NCBI GenBank assembly: GCA_963752255.1
Contig: CAVVXT010000014.1
Span: 32,803 to 96,802 of the forward strand
Length of the DNA stretch: 64,000 bases
Direction of reading: 5' to 3'
Source of the DNA: Nitrososphaeria archaeon
GTDB lineage: Archaea > Thermoproteota > Nitrososphaeria > JACIWG01
The notes beneath the pieces were generated by a model that made no database searches, had not been told where the DNA came from, and worked only from the letters and a program-made list of their open reading frames with translations. Position 1 is the first letter of the stretch; each line of letters begins with the position of its first letter. A program made the translations under genes and the position numbers. Below are positions 1 through 11,200 of this stretch, in pieces.

Positions 1-1605
1 AACATAAAGCACGTAGAGGTTATCACAGAAAACAGCCCGGAAGTGAAGAAATACTTTCTTGGATCTGAAATGGAGATCATTAAAATAAAACCCACGCCAG
101 CACTATTAAAGATCAGACAAGACTTATTGACAACAATTCAAAGAATTAGGGAGAATCTGGATAAAAAAGGCATTTTAGGGAATGTTGAAACATCGTCACT
201 TAAAAAATTAATTGAAATTGGAAAAAAAGATCTCGGAATTGAGGAAAGAAGTCAGATAACATCTCTGATAAGATTGTATCATTGTCTAGATATAGCAGAA
301 TCTCATGGAATAGAACCTTTTATTATCTTCTGTGAAAAGATATTTTTGAAAAGAGGAAAAAGCGCGGCGAATTTAAGGGATGACCTGAACTTTAAAGCAG
401 CTTATGAAACAGCAAAAAGTATGTTGATTGTAAGAGAAGAACATCCTAAAGTCTTAGAATTAAAGAAAATTCTAAAAAACAAGAATGAAGGAGATAGAGT
501 AATTATCTTTTCTAATTATAAAGACACTATTAAAATGCTTTATGAAAAGGCCTTGTTATGGGGACTTAGTGCAGATTATTTAATAGGAAAAAGAGGAGAA
601 TTCAGTCAAAGCCAAAAAAAGCAGTTAGAAACTTTAAACAAAATGAACAAGGGTGAAAAAAATATACTCTTCGCAACTAGAGTGGGGGAAGAAGGCCTTG
701 ACATAATAGAATGTAATTTAGTGATATTCTATGACAGTATATCTGATGCTGTTAGATTTATTCAAAGAAAAGGTAGAACAGGGAGAAAGAAAAAAGGTAG
801 GGTCCTTGTTCTAGTCATGGAAGGTACGAAGGAAGAAGTATTATTCTGGATAGGCAAAAAAAGAATTGAGAAAGGAATGGAAATTATAAAAAAAAGTGAA
901 GTAGCGCAGAATACAGTTCCTTTGGAACGATTTATCAATGGGAAAAATCAAGGAGTAAAAGTAATAGTTGATACACGTGAGAACATAGTCATTAAGACTA
1001 TGTTGAATAATAATCCTAATATTGACGTTGAAGAACAAATGTTGGATGTAGGGGATTTTGTTCTTTCTGAAGATGTCTGTGTAGAAAGGAAAACGTTAAA
1101 GGACTTTGCGTCTTCAATAATTGATGGCAGGTTATTTCCTCAACTAATTCAATTAAAACAAAAATATAGTAAACCTATTCTAATATTAGAAAAAGGTCCA
1201 CAATCAGATAGAATTAGCCAGAATGCATTTTTTGGAGCTTTAGCGAGCGTTATTACAGACTTTAACATAGCTCTAATTATAACCGAGTCTACAGAAGAGA
1301 GTGCAGCTCTAATGTATGTAATAGCAAAAAGGGAGCAAGTAGAGAAAAAAAAGGGTATTAAAATTCGTGAAGGTGAAAAACCTATTAGCATAAAGGAAAT
1401 CCAAAGGTACATTTTGGCTGGAATGCCAGGTGTAAGTAACATCTTAGCAACCCGTTTACTTGAAAGGTTTGGAACTTTACAAAATGTGTTTAATGCATCA
1501 GAAAATGAGTTATTTGATGTAAAAGGTATAGGAGACGTTATGGCAAAAAGAATAAAAGAAATAACTATAGCTGATTTTAATAAAAATCAAAATAAATGCA
1601 ATTAA
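1..1605 (+). CDS. hef: Hef-like helicase/ERCC4 (XPF) nuclease, C-terminal part; 5' end lies outside the window
   Basis: The frame is open from nt 1. It has helicase motif VI QRKGRTGR, then an ERCC4-type nuclease region (VIVDTRE...GDFVLSED) and C-terminal tandem HhH (GMPGVSNILATRLLERFG...DVKGIGDVMAKRI). Confidence 0.6.
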   Translation, partial: NIKHVEVITENSPEVKKYFLGSEMEIIKIKPTPALLKIRQDLLTTIQRIRENLDKKGILGNVETSSLKKLIEIGKKDLGIEERSQITSLIRLYHCLDIAESHGIEPFIIFCEKIFLKRGKSAANLRDDLNFKAAYETAKSMLIVREEHPKVLELKKILKNKNEGDRVIIFSNYKDTIKMLYEKALLWGLSADYLIGKRGEFSQSQKKQLETLNKMNKGEKNILFATRVGEEGLDIIECNLVIFYDSISDAVRFIQRKGRTGRKKKGRVLVLVMEGTKEEVLFWIGKKRIEKGMEIIKKSEVAQNTVPLERFINGKNQGVKVIVDTRENIVIKTMLNNNPNIDVEEQMLDVGDFVLSEDVCVERKTLKDFASSIIDGRLFPQLIQLKQKYSKPILILEKGPQSDRISQNAFFGALASVITDFNIALIITESTEESAALMYVIAKREQVEKKKGIKIREGEKPISIKEIQRYILAGMPGVSNILATRLLERFGTLQNVFNASENELFDVKGIGDVMAKRIKEITIADFNKNQNKCN

Positions 1606-1611
1606 TAAATT

Positions 1612-1947
1612 ATGGTACATAACAGAAAGCTTTATGGTTATATTAAAACAAGAGAGATAAGGGAGGGATGTAAATTGTTAACTACAAATAAAGAGAATCA
1701 AGAAAGAGTAACTAAAACATTATCTGTACTACAAGGAATATCGGAAACAGTTACAGTTCCAAGAAATATACGTAAAACAATAAAAGAAATAATGACAGAT
1801 TTACAGAAAGGAGCAGGTAAACTAGGTGTAAGAGCGGCAAACGCAGTAGCAACATTAACTGAAATAAGTGAAGACCCCAATTTGCCAATTTTTGCAAGAG
1901 TAAAAATTTATGATGCAATCAGTTGTTTGGAAAATATCCGTGATTAA
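1612..1947 (+). CDS. Small conserved archaeal protein of the UPF0147 family
   Basis: The 111-aa ORF resembles UPF0147 proteins (TKTLSVLQGISETVTVPRNIRKTIKEI...). This is a family-level recollection only. Confidence 0.4.
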   Translation: MVHNRKLYGYIKTREIREGCKLLTTNKENQERVTKTLSVLQGISETVTVPRNIRKTIKEIMTDLQKGAGKLGVRAANAVATLTEISEDPNLPIFARVKIYDAISCLENIRD

Positions 1948-2108
1948 TAATAAAATGGTAAATATAATAAATTCTTCGGGATTATTATTATATGCGTAGG
2001 TTCCTCAGTATTTAAATAATTAATTCAGATAATTAATTAATTTCTAGCGCAGCAAACTAGAAAAACGTTCTTTATTTTCAGATAAGCATAACGACCTTCA
2101 AAGAAAAT

Positions 2109-2195
2109 GGTGCGGGGGGTGGGATTTGAACCCACGAACCCCTGCGAGACGAGGTTCTGAGCCTCGCGCCTTTGACCTATCTTGGCAACCCCCGC
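2109..2195 (-). tRNA. tRNA-Leu (CAG), type II with a long variable arm; CCA is encoded
   Basis: The minus-strand sequence folds with acceptor gcggggg/ccccccgc, anticodon loop cuCAGaa, a long variable arm and T-arm gtgggttcaaatcccac. Confidence 0.8.
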
Positions 2196-2249
2196 TCGTT
2201 AATAGACTTCTATCCTTTTTTATATGAACTTTTCATAAAAAAAAGAAAA

Positions 2250-2348
2250 CGCCGGGGAAGGGACTTGAACCCTTGAAACGGTAGAGCCGTTACCGGCTAT
2301 CTTGTTGGATCTCGAGGCCGGCCCTTTCGACCACTCAGGCACCCCGGC
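2250..2348 (-). tRNA. tRNA-Ser (CGA) with a 12-nt intron in the anticodon loop
   Basis: The 99-nt minus-strand gene has acceptor gccgggg/ccccggc, a 3-bp D-stem, anticodon stem ccggc/gccgg interrupted by atccaacaagat after position 37, variable-arm hairpin aacgg/ccgtt and T-arm aagggttcaagtccctt. Confidence 0.65.
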
Positions 2349-2389
2349 TTAAATGATACTTTAAGAACATGATTTAAAAAGTTTAATAT

Positions 2390-3073
2390 TTATAATTCGT
2401 AATCGAACAATTTATTGAATTCTTCTTCGGCGGATTTGATCCTTACCTGTCTTTTAGTGAATATATCTAAAGCAGTTAGTATGTCGTTAGGCTCTTCACC
2501 CTCCTTCATTTCATCTTGATAAATAGTTTTGGCCTTACGCAGTATGTCACCATTCAACTTAGAGTCAATATAGTCGGCAAGGTGAACGATCATGGCTTCT
2601 AAGGTTTCTGGCCTTACAGGCCCTGAATCTCCATGATGAGCTGCCACAGCGTGCACGACTTTAAATGGAAACTTATTCTGAGTCAACTTTATAACAATCA
2701 TAACGAGATGATCCATATAATTTCCCAAAGGTGAATTTGAAGTAGGATCATTGTTATCATATGTGTAAGGCTTGAAAAGATCGTGAAGTAGACATGCGGC
2801 GATAACGGTGTCTTTATCAGTTTTATACCCGTAGATCTCATCAAGCTGTTGAGATATTGATAATCCTATTTTAGTTGTCGATAAAGTATGATCAATGAGC
2901 CCACCTGTATATGAATGATGAACTTTCTTAGCAGCAGGTGATAATCTGAAAGATTCCTTAAAAAGTGTTGAATTCAAAAGGCCAATCGTTTTTTGTTGTA
3001 ATACAGGGTCTTTTATTATATTAGCAAAAACTTTTATTTCATCGATTTTTAAATCAATATTATTAGCCATCAC
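2390..3073 (-). CDS. HD-domain metal-dependent phosphohydrolase
   Basis: It carries HD-superfamily motifs (LLHDLFKP, AAHHGDSGP). Confidence 0.55.
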   Translation of the reverse strand: MMANNIDLKIDEIKVFANIIKDPVLQQKTIGLLNSTLFKESFRLSPAAKKVHHSYTGGLIDHTLSTTKIGLSISQQLDEIYGYKTDKDTVIAACLLHDLFKPYTYDNNDPTSNSPLGNYMDHLVMIVIKLTQNKFPFKVVHAVAAHHGDSGPVRPETLEAMIVHLADYIDSKLNGDILRKAKTIYQDEMKEGEEPNDILTALDIFTKRQVRIKSAEEEFNKLFDYEL

Positions 3074-3166
3074 AATTGCACGACAATCTAGTAGTTGTTT
3101 AATATTTATATCATTTATTTATAATTTATAAAATACGTTTTATAATACTTATAGTGGCATAAAAGT

Positions 3167-4651
3167 TTGTCCCTTGATCAAATAGAAAGTATTGTCTATG
3201 AGTTAACGAAAAAAGGCTTTCAGCTTGATCCAGGGGCTTATAATAAAATATCAGAATTTCTAAATTTAAATAACGATATTGATTTAAAGAAATCTCTGCT
3301 AGAAATTGTAGAAGAAAAGAAAAAGGTTGACCAAACTAATATCTTCATAAACGAAAGTGACATTGTTTCTCTTTTTCCAAAAAAAGAAGAATTAATTAAT
3401 GAAAATCTAGTATATGATGAAATCCAAGCAGAAATTAAATTAGTCAGGGATCCTGGAAACGACATTGAAATGTTAGAAGGAATAGATGGTTTTAAGAATT
3501 ATTTTCTAGATCGATATAATAAACTAATGAAAATTGTAAATAGCCGTGCTTTCCAAAAAACTATTACAAAAATAGATCAAGTCAATAATAATACTAAAAA
3601 TGTAAGAATTGCAGGTCTTGTTAAAGAAAAAAAAGTTTCAAAAGAAAAAACATTATTAGAAATAGAAGATGACACAGGCGTATTAAGAATTATAGCTAAA
3701 TCAGAACCTCATACACAGGCTGCAATTGAAGCTTTGCTAGATCAAATGTTAATTGTTGACATAGCTACATTTAATGGAGGAGTAGCCTTTGCATCCAGAA
3801 TAGAGTTTCCAGAAATACCAGATAGAATATTTCATAGTAGTTCTTCTGAGATTTACGCATTACTCCTATCTGACTTGCATATAGGAAGTAAAACATTTCA
3901 AAAGGAAGCTTTTGAACATCTTATTCACTGGCTAAAGGGATACCATGGCGAACGTGAAATAGTGAAGAAGATTAAGTATATTATAATTGCTGGTGATATT
4001 GTCGATGGAGTTGGTGTCTATCCTCATCAAGATGACGATCTAGAAATAACTAATATTAATGAACAGTACTTTCTTGCAGCACAATACATAGAACAACTAC
4101 CAAAAAATATGCAAATAATAATAATTCCAGGAAATCATGATGCAATTCGACAAGCGTTACCCCAACCATCGATACCAAAGAAATATAGTCAGGAACTTTA
4201 TAGACTACAAAATGTTAAAATATACGGAAATCCTTTAGAAGTCAAATTAAACGGAGTGAACTTTCTAATTTACCATGGTAGAAGCTTAGATGATGTTTTT
4301 GCTCATTCACCAACGGTAGAATCGGCGAAACCGGAAAACGCAATGAAAACTCTGTTAAGAGCCAGACATCTTGCACCAATATTTGGAGGACGTACAATAA
4401 TAGCACCATCAAAAGAAGACACTCTAGTAATAGAAAATCCTCCTGATGTATTCCATGCTGGCCACGTACATGTTTTTGGATATTCAAAATATAGAAGTAC
4501 TTTAATCGTAAACTCAGGTACATTTCAAGGCCAAACTTCTTATCAAAAGTCTATAGGGATAAATCCTACGCCAGGAATAGCAGCTGTAATAAACTTAAAA
4601 TCGTTAGAAATTTATGAAAAAGACTTCAATAAAATTGCTATTATTCAATAG
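3167..4651 (+). CDS. polB: DNA polymerase II (PolD) small subunit DP1
   Basis: It has calcineurin-like phosphoesterase motifs (LSDLHIG, AGDIVDGVGVYP, PGNHD, GHVH) after an N-terminal OB region. At 494 aa and beside orc1 and oriC it is typical of archaeal DP1. Confidence 0.8.
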   Translation: MSLDQIESIVYELTKKGFQLDPGAYNKISEFLNLNNDIDLKKSLLEIVEEKKKVDQTNIFINESDIVSLFPKKEELINENLVYDEIQAEIKLVRDPGNDIEMLEGIDGFKNYFLDRYNKLMKIVNSRAFQKTITKIDQVNNNTKNVRIAGLVKEKKVSKEKTLLEIEDDTGVLRIIAKSEPHTQAAIEALLDQMLIVDIATFNGGVAFASRIEFPEIPDRIFHSSSSEIYALLLSDLHIGSKTFQKEAFEHLIHWLKGYHGEREIVKKIKYIIIAGDIVDGVGVYPHQDDDLEITNINEQYFLAAQYIEQLPKNMQIIIIPGNHDAIRQALPQPSIPKKYSQELYRLQNVKIYGNPLEVKLNGVNFLIYHGRSLDDVFAHSPTVESAKPENAMKTLLRARHLAPIFGGRTIIAPSKEDTLVIENPPDVFHAGHVHVFGYSKYRSTLIVNSGTFQGQTSYQKSIGINPTPGIAAVINLKSLEIYEKDFNKIAIIQ

Positions 4652-5855
4652 ATTCAATTTTGTTTATGATTTCTAATAGAATAGGATCATTTGATAAAAC
4701 AGATTTTATTGTTGAATAAGGAATAAGAAGTTTAGGCCTCTTGCTTCTTCCTTGCCTTCCCATGCTAGTCGTATAGGCAGATAGAATACCAAGCATAGAT
4801 AATTCGTTTAATAAACCACTTACACGCCTAGGAGTCAATTCTTGGACACCTAAATTATTGCAATATGAGCAGTAGCTAGTGTAAACAGCACCTGTAGATA
4901 AACTGTCTTTAATAGATGCTACACTTAAAACAATAAGTTTACTATGTAAAGGGAGTGACTTTAACGCATCAGATAACCTATCTTGATCTATTTTTAGAAG
5001 GGCTTCTCTAATTTGTTGCTCCTCAACATTTTTTAAACCGCTTCTTTCAGAAATTTCGCCTGCAACTCTTACAAGATCAACAGCACGTCTAGCATCACCG
5101 TGTTCAGAAGCTGCTAAAGCAGAAGCAAGATTAAGTGCTGAATCTGCAAATACATTTGGCATAAAACCTAACTTAACACGTTCAGAAAGTATGACTTTAA
5201 GTTCCTCAGCTGTATAAGGTGGAAATACTAATTCTTCTTCGCTTAGACTACTTAAGACCCTAGGATCAAGGAAGTCCTTAAAAGTTAAATCATTAGAAAT
5301 ACCAAGTATAGATAGGAATCCTCCCGATAATTTTTCATTTGACCTAGTCAATTCATAAAGTAAATCATCGCCATGGCTCTTCACTAAAAAATCTATTTCA
5401 TCCAATGTAATAATGCCTAACAAATTCTCTCTTGAAATTGTTTTAAATATTCTATCAAAAATTTCACTAATAGAAAGACCAGTGTGAGGAACAATAATAC
5501 CAAAATCTCTTGCCACTTCATATAAAATACGATATTCTGTACCGGCCATTCTAGTATTAACATATGAAAATTTGAACTGTATTTCTTTAGATGATGCTGT
5601 TTTTTTTAATCTGGAAAGAACGAAATTAGCGACAGCAGTTTTTCCTGTACCAGTCTTACCATATAAAAAAATATTAGAAGGTCTAACACCATGGAGAACT
5701 GGCGAGATGGCCTCTGCAATAATTTTTATTTGATCATCTCTAAAATAAAGTTTATCAGGAATATAATCAGATCTTAAAGAATTTCTATCTAGAAAAATAT
5801 TCGCGCTTTTTAGAGCTCTAGAAAAAATATCATCGATAGAGGAGTTATTGTACAT
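4641..5855 (-). CDS. cdc6: Orc1/Cdc6 replication initiator
   Basis: It has AAA+ Walker A YGKTGTGKT, Walker B ITLDEID and a C-terminal winged helix, and it lies next to the repeat-containing AT-rich intergenic region. Confidence 0.85.
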   Translation of the reverse strand: MYNNSSIDDIFSRALKSANIFLDRNSLRSDYIPDKLYFRDDQIKIIAEAISPVLHGVRPSNIFLYGKTGTGKTAVANFVLSRLKKTASSKEIQFKFSYVNTRMAGTEYRILYEVARDFGIIVPHTGLSISEIFDRIFKTISRENLLGIITLDEIDFLVKSHGDDLLYELTRSNEKLSGGFLSILGISNDLTFKDFLDPRVLSSLSEEELVFPPYTAEELKVILSERVKLGFMPNVFADSALNLASALAASEHGDARRAVDLVRVAGEISERSGLKNVEEQQIREALLKIDQDRLSDALKSLPLHSKLIVLSVASIKDSLSTGAVYTSYCSYCNNLGVQELTPRRVSGLLNELSMLGILSAYTTSMGRQGRSKRPKLLIPYSTIKSVLSNDPILLEIINKIESIE

Positions 5856-6360
5856 ATACTATCATTTCCATTGAACAACTATTTATCATTTTTAACCACC
5901 CCTACATTTCCCCTGTAAATAATAAAATAAAATTATGTTAAGTAATTTGATTATGTAAATAATAATCCGATTTAAATTACAATTTAAAAAATAAATTATA
6001 TATTGTCATATACTATAAACAAGATAGTTAAATTTCTTAAACATGTGATTATCACATCATTTCCTTTAAGATTCTACTGGAAGAAATGGGGTAGCTATAT
6101 TTTGTTAAAACTTAAAATTAATATAATTAAGCTAACCCCTTTATTTCCATTGGAGCCTATTTTTGGCTAATTAACAGTTAACAAACAATAAGCAAGACCC
6201 CTTTGTTTCCACTGGAGATAAATAAGAAATAAAAATATTAAAACTAATTATGCTGCTAACAAGATCTTTAGAATAAACCTTGTAAATTTTCTTAAATTAA
6301 AAGGTTAACAAGTTAACAGTTTATCCATTTATCTTCAAAGATATTAATAGCTAATTAAGC
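5856..6360. promoter_or_regulatory. Probable replication origin (oriC), with ORB-like repeats and an AT-rich unwinding stretch
   Basis: Three related elements carry a TTCCAGTGGAAAC-like core: ctaccccatttcttccagtag (reverse orientation, about 6073-6093), aacccctttatttccattggagcc (about 6134-6157) and gacccctttgtttccactggagat (about 6196-6219). A fourth, weaker one is accacccctacatttcccctg (about 5895-5915). They flank a stretch of over 80% AT at 5921-6060, beside orc1/cdc6. Confidence 0.6.
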
Positions 6361-6762
6361 ATGCATGCTAATTCTAAAAGGATAAAAATAGAATTTCAAG
6401 ACTCTAGTGGAAAGAAAATAAAGATAGAGTTCAATGGTAATACCACTGGTCAAGAGATACAAAGAATTTATGATTTTTTATGTGATTCCCCTGTACTGCC
6501 AAATGACTTAGGTCTTAATGTTGAAGAAAGGGATACAAAATTTCAAAAGTTTTCAGATATAATAATAAAACATTTCCCTATTGGAGAGTTTACTTCTTCA
6601 GATGCTCTACTCATTACACAAGAAGTATTAGGAGAACAAATAAAACATGCATTAATTTCAACATATCTTATGAGATTAGTTGATAGAAGCCAGTTAAATA
6701 GGAAATGGAGTTCAGCAGGATGGGTATATTCTTTAATTAAAAAATCTATTATTCAACAATAA
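6361..6762 (+). CDS. hypothetical protein
   Basis: The 133-aa ORF has a possible helix-turn-helix-like C-terminal half. No family was recognised. Confidence 0.3.
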   Translation: MHANSKRIKIEFQDSSGKKIKIEFNGNTTGQEIQRIYDFLCDSPVLPNDLGLNVEERDTKFQKFSDIIIKHFPIGEFTSSDALLITQEVLGEQIKHALISTYLMRLVDRSQLNRKWSSAGWVYSLIKKSIIQQ

Positions 6763-7300
6763 TTCTTTTACCTTGATCTGTTATAAAATAAACAAAATAT
6801 TTTCCTTTATTTTCCCTTCCCAAGTATTTTTTCTCAAATAAAATTTTTAATAATCTTGCAGTATGTTCTCTTGACTTCTTGATTGAGTCTTGTACTTCTT
6901 TAGAAGTCTTCGGGCTATCTGATATAAACTTTAGAATAAGAAGTTCTATAGGTCCTATATTTTTGTTTAATATATTAACAGACTTATCAATGTATGAGGA
7001 TAATATTTTCATTGATGTTCCTTTTTGACTTAATTCGAAGGCTTTTCTTTGGTTGTTTTTTTCAGAAAATTTTTGGTCTAAAACATCTATTTTAACCATC
7101 AACTCTGCAATTTTTCGATTCTGATTTTCTTCTCTATTATTAAATTCGTTTATTATAACTTTGACAATTCCATAATCCTGTTCAACTTTGTTCTTTTCTG
7201 TTCGTGACTTACTTAAATTATAAAATAGATACACTGAGATAACAATAAGTAATGTTGCAATAGTGACGACTATGATGTCATAACTGGACATGCAACACAT
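6749..7300 (-). CDS. hypothetical membrane-anchored protein with a C-terminal winged-helix-like domain
   Basis: It has one N-terminal TM helix (IIVVTIATLLIVISVYLFY), a coiled-coil middle and a C-terminal MarR/TrmB-like segment (SKEVQDSIKKSREHTARLLKILFEKKYL). Confidence 0.3.
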   Translation of the reverse strand: MCCMSSYDIIVVTIATLLIVISVYLFYNLSKSRTEKNKVEQDYGIVKVIINEFNNREENQNRKIAELMVKIDVLDQKFSEKNNQRKAFELSQKGTSMKILSSYIDKSVNILNKNIGPIELLILKFISDSPKTSKEVQDSIKKSREHTARLLKILFEKKYLGRENKGKYFVYFITDQGKRIIVE

Positions 7301-7347
7301 AATATCACAAAAAAAGAATTTAAACTTTTTTTAAAAAATATATTAAA

Positions 7348-7740
7348 CTAAATTAGTAAAATATGCTTTATTAAATCTTCTAAAGCAGAAACAATCTGTA
7401 GAGACTGATCATCATTTAACTTTTTATCTTTTGCATTCTCTAATATGGCAACAGTTTTTTCTAAAGATAGAAAGCAATCAGAACTTAACAAACCTAAATA
7501 TTTAGCAATAATTAATGAATATAAAGCACGTTTTAAATTTTTTCGCCCACGATCTCTAGTTATAACAAAAGAAGATTTAGACAAATCTTCTTTATTAGCC
7601 CTTAGCATTTTATCAAATATTTTTTCTTCGGCGTTACCTGATCGTTGAATTAGAAGATAATCAAGCTGTTTGAAAGTAAAATTACTCCTATTAATTATTT
7701 CCTTTAACAATAAATCTTGTTGAATTCTTTCTTTTAACAT
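7348..7740 (-). CDS. hypothetical protein
   Basis: The 130-aa ORF has no recognised motifs. Confidence 0.25.
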   Translation of the reverse strand: MLKERIQQDLLLKEIINRSNFTFKQLDYLLIQRSGNAEEKIFDKMLRANKEDLSKSSFVITRDRGRKNLKRALYSLIIAKYLGLLSSDCFLSLEKTVAILENAKDKKLNDDQSLQIVSALEDLIKHILLI

Positions 7741-7967
7741 TATCCCCGTTTTACGATAACGTAAAACAATTTAAAGTTTTTCTTAATAATAAAACCTGTT
7801 TAAATATATTTATTATAGTATTTTAATATAAGATTATTTTTAATAAATAGCCATAATAATTAAAATTATTATAATATTTAGTCTATTTAAAATAATTATT
7901 TTTTTATACACTTCATGTATAAGAAAACAGTTAATAACATTTATTGACGTACTAACTGTCGATAATA

Positions 7968-8207
7968 ATGGGACGTAAAAGAAGAAAAGTTATTAAAGTT
8001 TTTAAAAAAACTTTACCCAAGATCCTCGCATGCCCTGTTTGTGGTAATATTTCTCTCGTTGTCGATAGAATTTCTGAAGATAGTGTAAAAATTAAATGTG
8101 GTACTTGTAAGTTATCATACGAATATCCTGCATCTAAAAACAAGGAAAACATCGATATTTATAATGAATTCGTTGATAAAATTAATCGTAACGAAATAGT
8201 TCTTTAA
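7968..8207 (+). CDS. Elf1-like transcription elongation factor (C4 zinc ribbon)
   Basis: It has a basic N-terminus MGRKRRK followed by CPVCG...CGTC, the archaeal Elf1/DUF701 layout. Confidence 0.5.
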   Translation: MGRKRRKVIKVFKKTLPKILACPVCGNISLVVDRISEDSVKIKCGTCKLSYEYPASKNKENIDIYNEFVDKINRNEIVL

Positions 8208-8222
8208 CAGAGAAGAAATCCA

Positions 8223-11200
8223 ATGTCACTAATGCAACAATATTTTTCTTTACTGAAGGAAAGAATTTCTTTGACTCAAAATTACGAATTTTATTATCAA
8301 AAAATGACAGAAGATATTGAAAAAGCTATTTCAATCGCTGAACTAGCAAGGAAAAAAGGTCAGGATCCTTCTTTAATTATTGAAAATAAATTAGTTTTTG
8401 ATCTCTCTTCAAGAGTTGAAGAGTTAATTGGATTGAGAGGGTTATCTGATCGATTAAGGGAATTACTTAAATTTTATAAAAAAGAAGCAGCGGCTCTAGC
8501 TATAGCTGTCGAAGTTGCTTCTGGTCGATTTGGTTCACTAACCCAGGAACAAGCGCTGGATAAAGGTATAAGGACAGGATTAGCGGTAATAACTGACGGT
8601 GTCACTGTTGCACCGTTGCAAGGGATATCAAGAATCACAATAAAAAAGAATAAAGATGGTTCTAGCTATGCAAGTATATACTTTGCGGGCCCTATTAGAT
8701 CTGCTGGTGGCACAGATACAGCCTTTACTTTAGTTATAGCCAATGAAGTTAGAAAGATGTTAGGTATTGAAATTTATCACGTAAATGATTATGATGATGA
8801 AATAGGACGATTTATTGAAGAACTGAGAACCTACGAAAGGGAAGTTGGCAATTTCCAATATAAGGTTTCAGATGAAGATCTAAGAACTGCTCTAATATAT
8901 ATTCCAGTCGAAGTTAATGGTGTTGAAACAGATCAAGTAGAACTTATGATGCATAGAAATATGCGAAGAATAGAAGCAAATAAAGTTCGTGGAGGTGCTT
9001 TAAGGGTTATAAATGATGGTCTTATCGGTCGTGCAAGAAAGCTCGAAAAACTTGTTAAGGAGCTTTCTATTTCAGATTGGGATTGGCTTTCCCACTTAAA
9101 AGGTGGTCAACAGGAATCAAGTACATTAACACATTTTGGGGACGTAATTGCTGGAAGGCCTATTTTATCATACCCTGGATCAATTGGAGGTTTTAGGCTA
9201 AGGTATGGTAGATGTTTTAACACAGGTTTATCTACTGTCGGCATAAATCCCGTAACCGCCGTGATTCTTGACTATGCAATGGTCACAGGCACTCAAATTA
9301 AATTAGATAGACCTGGAAAAAGTGCAACAATCGCTTTAGTTGATACAATTGAAGGGCCAATTGTTAAATTACAAGATGAATCAGTAATTAAAGTTGAAGA
9401 CATTAAAACAGCTGAAGAGTTAAAGAATAATATCTCTTCAATTCTTTTCCTTGGAGATATTTTAATATCTTTTGGCGACTTTGTTGAGAATAATGCAACG
9501 CTTGTTCAATCAGCCTATGTTGAGGAGTATTGGGCTCAAGATGTGATAGATGCATGCAACAGTTTATATGGAAATATCACGATTGCATCACAGAATCTAA
9601 ACATGCCTTTGGAGTCATTAACTAAATGGATTGAGCAACCCAATCAATTTTTTCCTAACTTTGATACTGCTTTTGAACTTTCCGAGAAACTAAACGTACC
9701 TTTGCATCCGAGATACCTTTTTTTTTGGGATTTGCTAAGCATTACAAACTTTCTTTTTTTAAGGAATACATTATTGGGATCAACAATTAAGGACAAAGAG
9801 CTTATTGTCAATAATAATCCACAAATTAAGGATCTTCTCGAAACGTTATGTGTACCTCATAGAAAAGATAATTCCCTACTAATAATTCCAGAAGAAGTTA
9901 CAAAGGTTCTAACTAAGTGTTTAACTCTTGAAAAAGAGGCAATACTACCCGGTGAGTATAAAACGACGCTAGAACTGGTATCTGCATGTTGTGGGATTAC
10001 TATTAAAAATAAATGCTCCGCATATATTGGAGTACGTCTCGGCCGGCCTGAAAAAGCAGAAGAACGTAAAATGAAACCACCTGTACACTTATTGTTTCCT
10101 GTAGGTTCCTTTGGTGGATCTTCTAGAGATCTTATCAAAGCTTCTTCTGCGACAATTAATGTTCCTCTAGTGAACAGGTTTTGTATAAGTTGTTCGTCTT
10201 TCCAATTATTTTCTAAATGCAAGAATTGTGGCTCTCCAACACAGATATCTTATATTTGTCCATTATGTAATTCAACATTAAAAAAAGATGAAATTTGTCC
10301 GCGATGTAAAATTCTTCCTTCACCATATTCGCAGAGGATAATTAATCTTAAGGATGAACTTGATTCTGCAGTTCAAAAATTTGATTACAAATTGGTTCCG
10401 CCATTGAAAGGTGTTAAAGGTTTGATGAATGAAAACAAACAACCTGAGCCTATAGAAAAAGGTATTTTAAGACAAAAACATGGGCTTCAAATATATCGAG
10501 ATGGTACGGTACGTTTTGATGCGACAAATATGCCAATTACTTCTTTTTTACCAAATTTGATCTCAACTAATTTTGATATGCTGATTAAGATGGGTTATTC
10601 TAAGGAGGACCTAAATTCTGGGAACCCCGTGTCTATTTTCGTTCAAGATGTTGTCTTGCCAAGGAATGCTACAACATATCTTCTTAAAACATCAAAATTC
10701 ATTGATGAATTGCTTGAAAAATTTTATAGCCTACCGACTTTTTATAATGCAAAAAAGGAAGAAGATTTAATTGGTCATCTGATTGTTGGTATCGCTCCAC
10801 ATACATCCGTTGCGGTTATAGGACGTATAATTGGCTTTTCTAATTCCCAAGTTTGTTTAGCCCACCCCTTCTGGCATTCGGCAAAGAGACGAGATTGTGA
10901 TGGCGATGCTGATTCCGTTGCTCTCCTTTTAGATATCTTAATTAATTTTTCTTTATCGTACGTCCCATCTCAGATAGGTGGTTTAATGGATACCCCCTTA
11001 CTTCTACAGCCTTATATCATACCATCAGAAGTTGAGGATCAATCTCTTTCTATTGACTCTTCACCAAGATATCCAAGAGATTTTTACGAAAAAACATTAA
11101 AGGGTATATCGGCAAAAGATATTTCCTCAATTACCTTAGTAAAGAATAACATAAGCCAAAAAGAAGAATATATCAAAATAAATTATAACTACAACACAAG

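Noticed and set aside
841-1442. Antisense ORFs (841-1038 and 1149-1442, minus strand) inside the Hef gene. Similar antisense ORFs occur inside most long genes, for example 9857-10222 in DP2, 15894-16223 in RPA and 55174-55596 in the first flavodiiron gene.
   Set aside because: They lie opposite well-supported genes and have low-complexity hydrophobic composition with no motifs. They are typical shadow ORFs.
9715-9735. A T9 homopolymer inside the PolD DP2 coding sequence.
   Set aside because: The reading frame is intact across it. I noted it only as a potential slippage-prone site, and there is no evidence of a frameshift.
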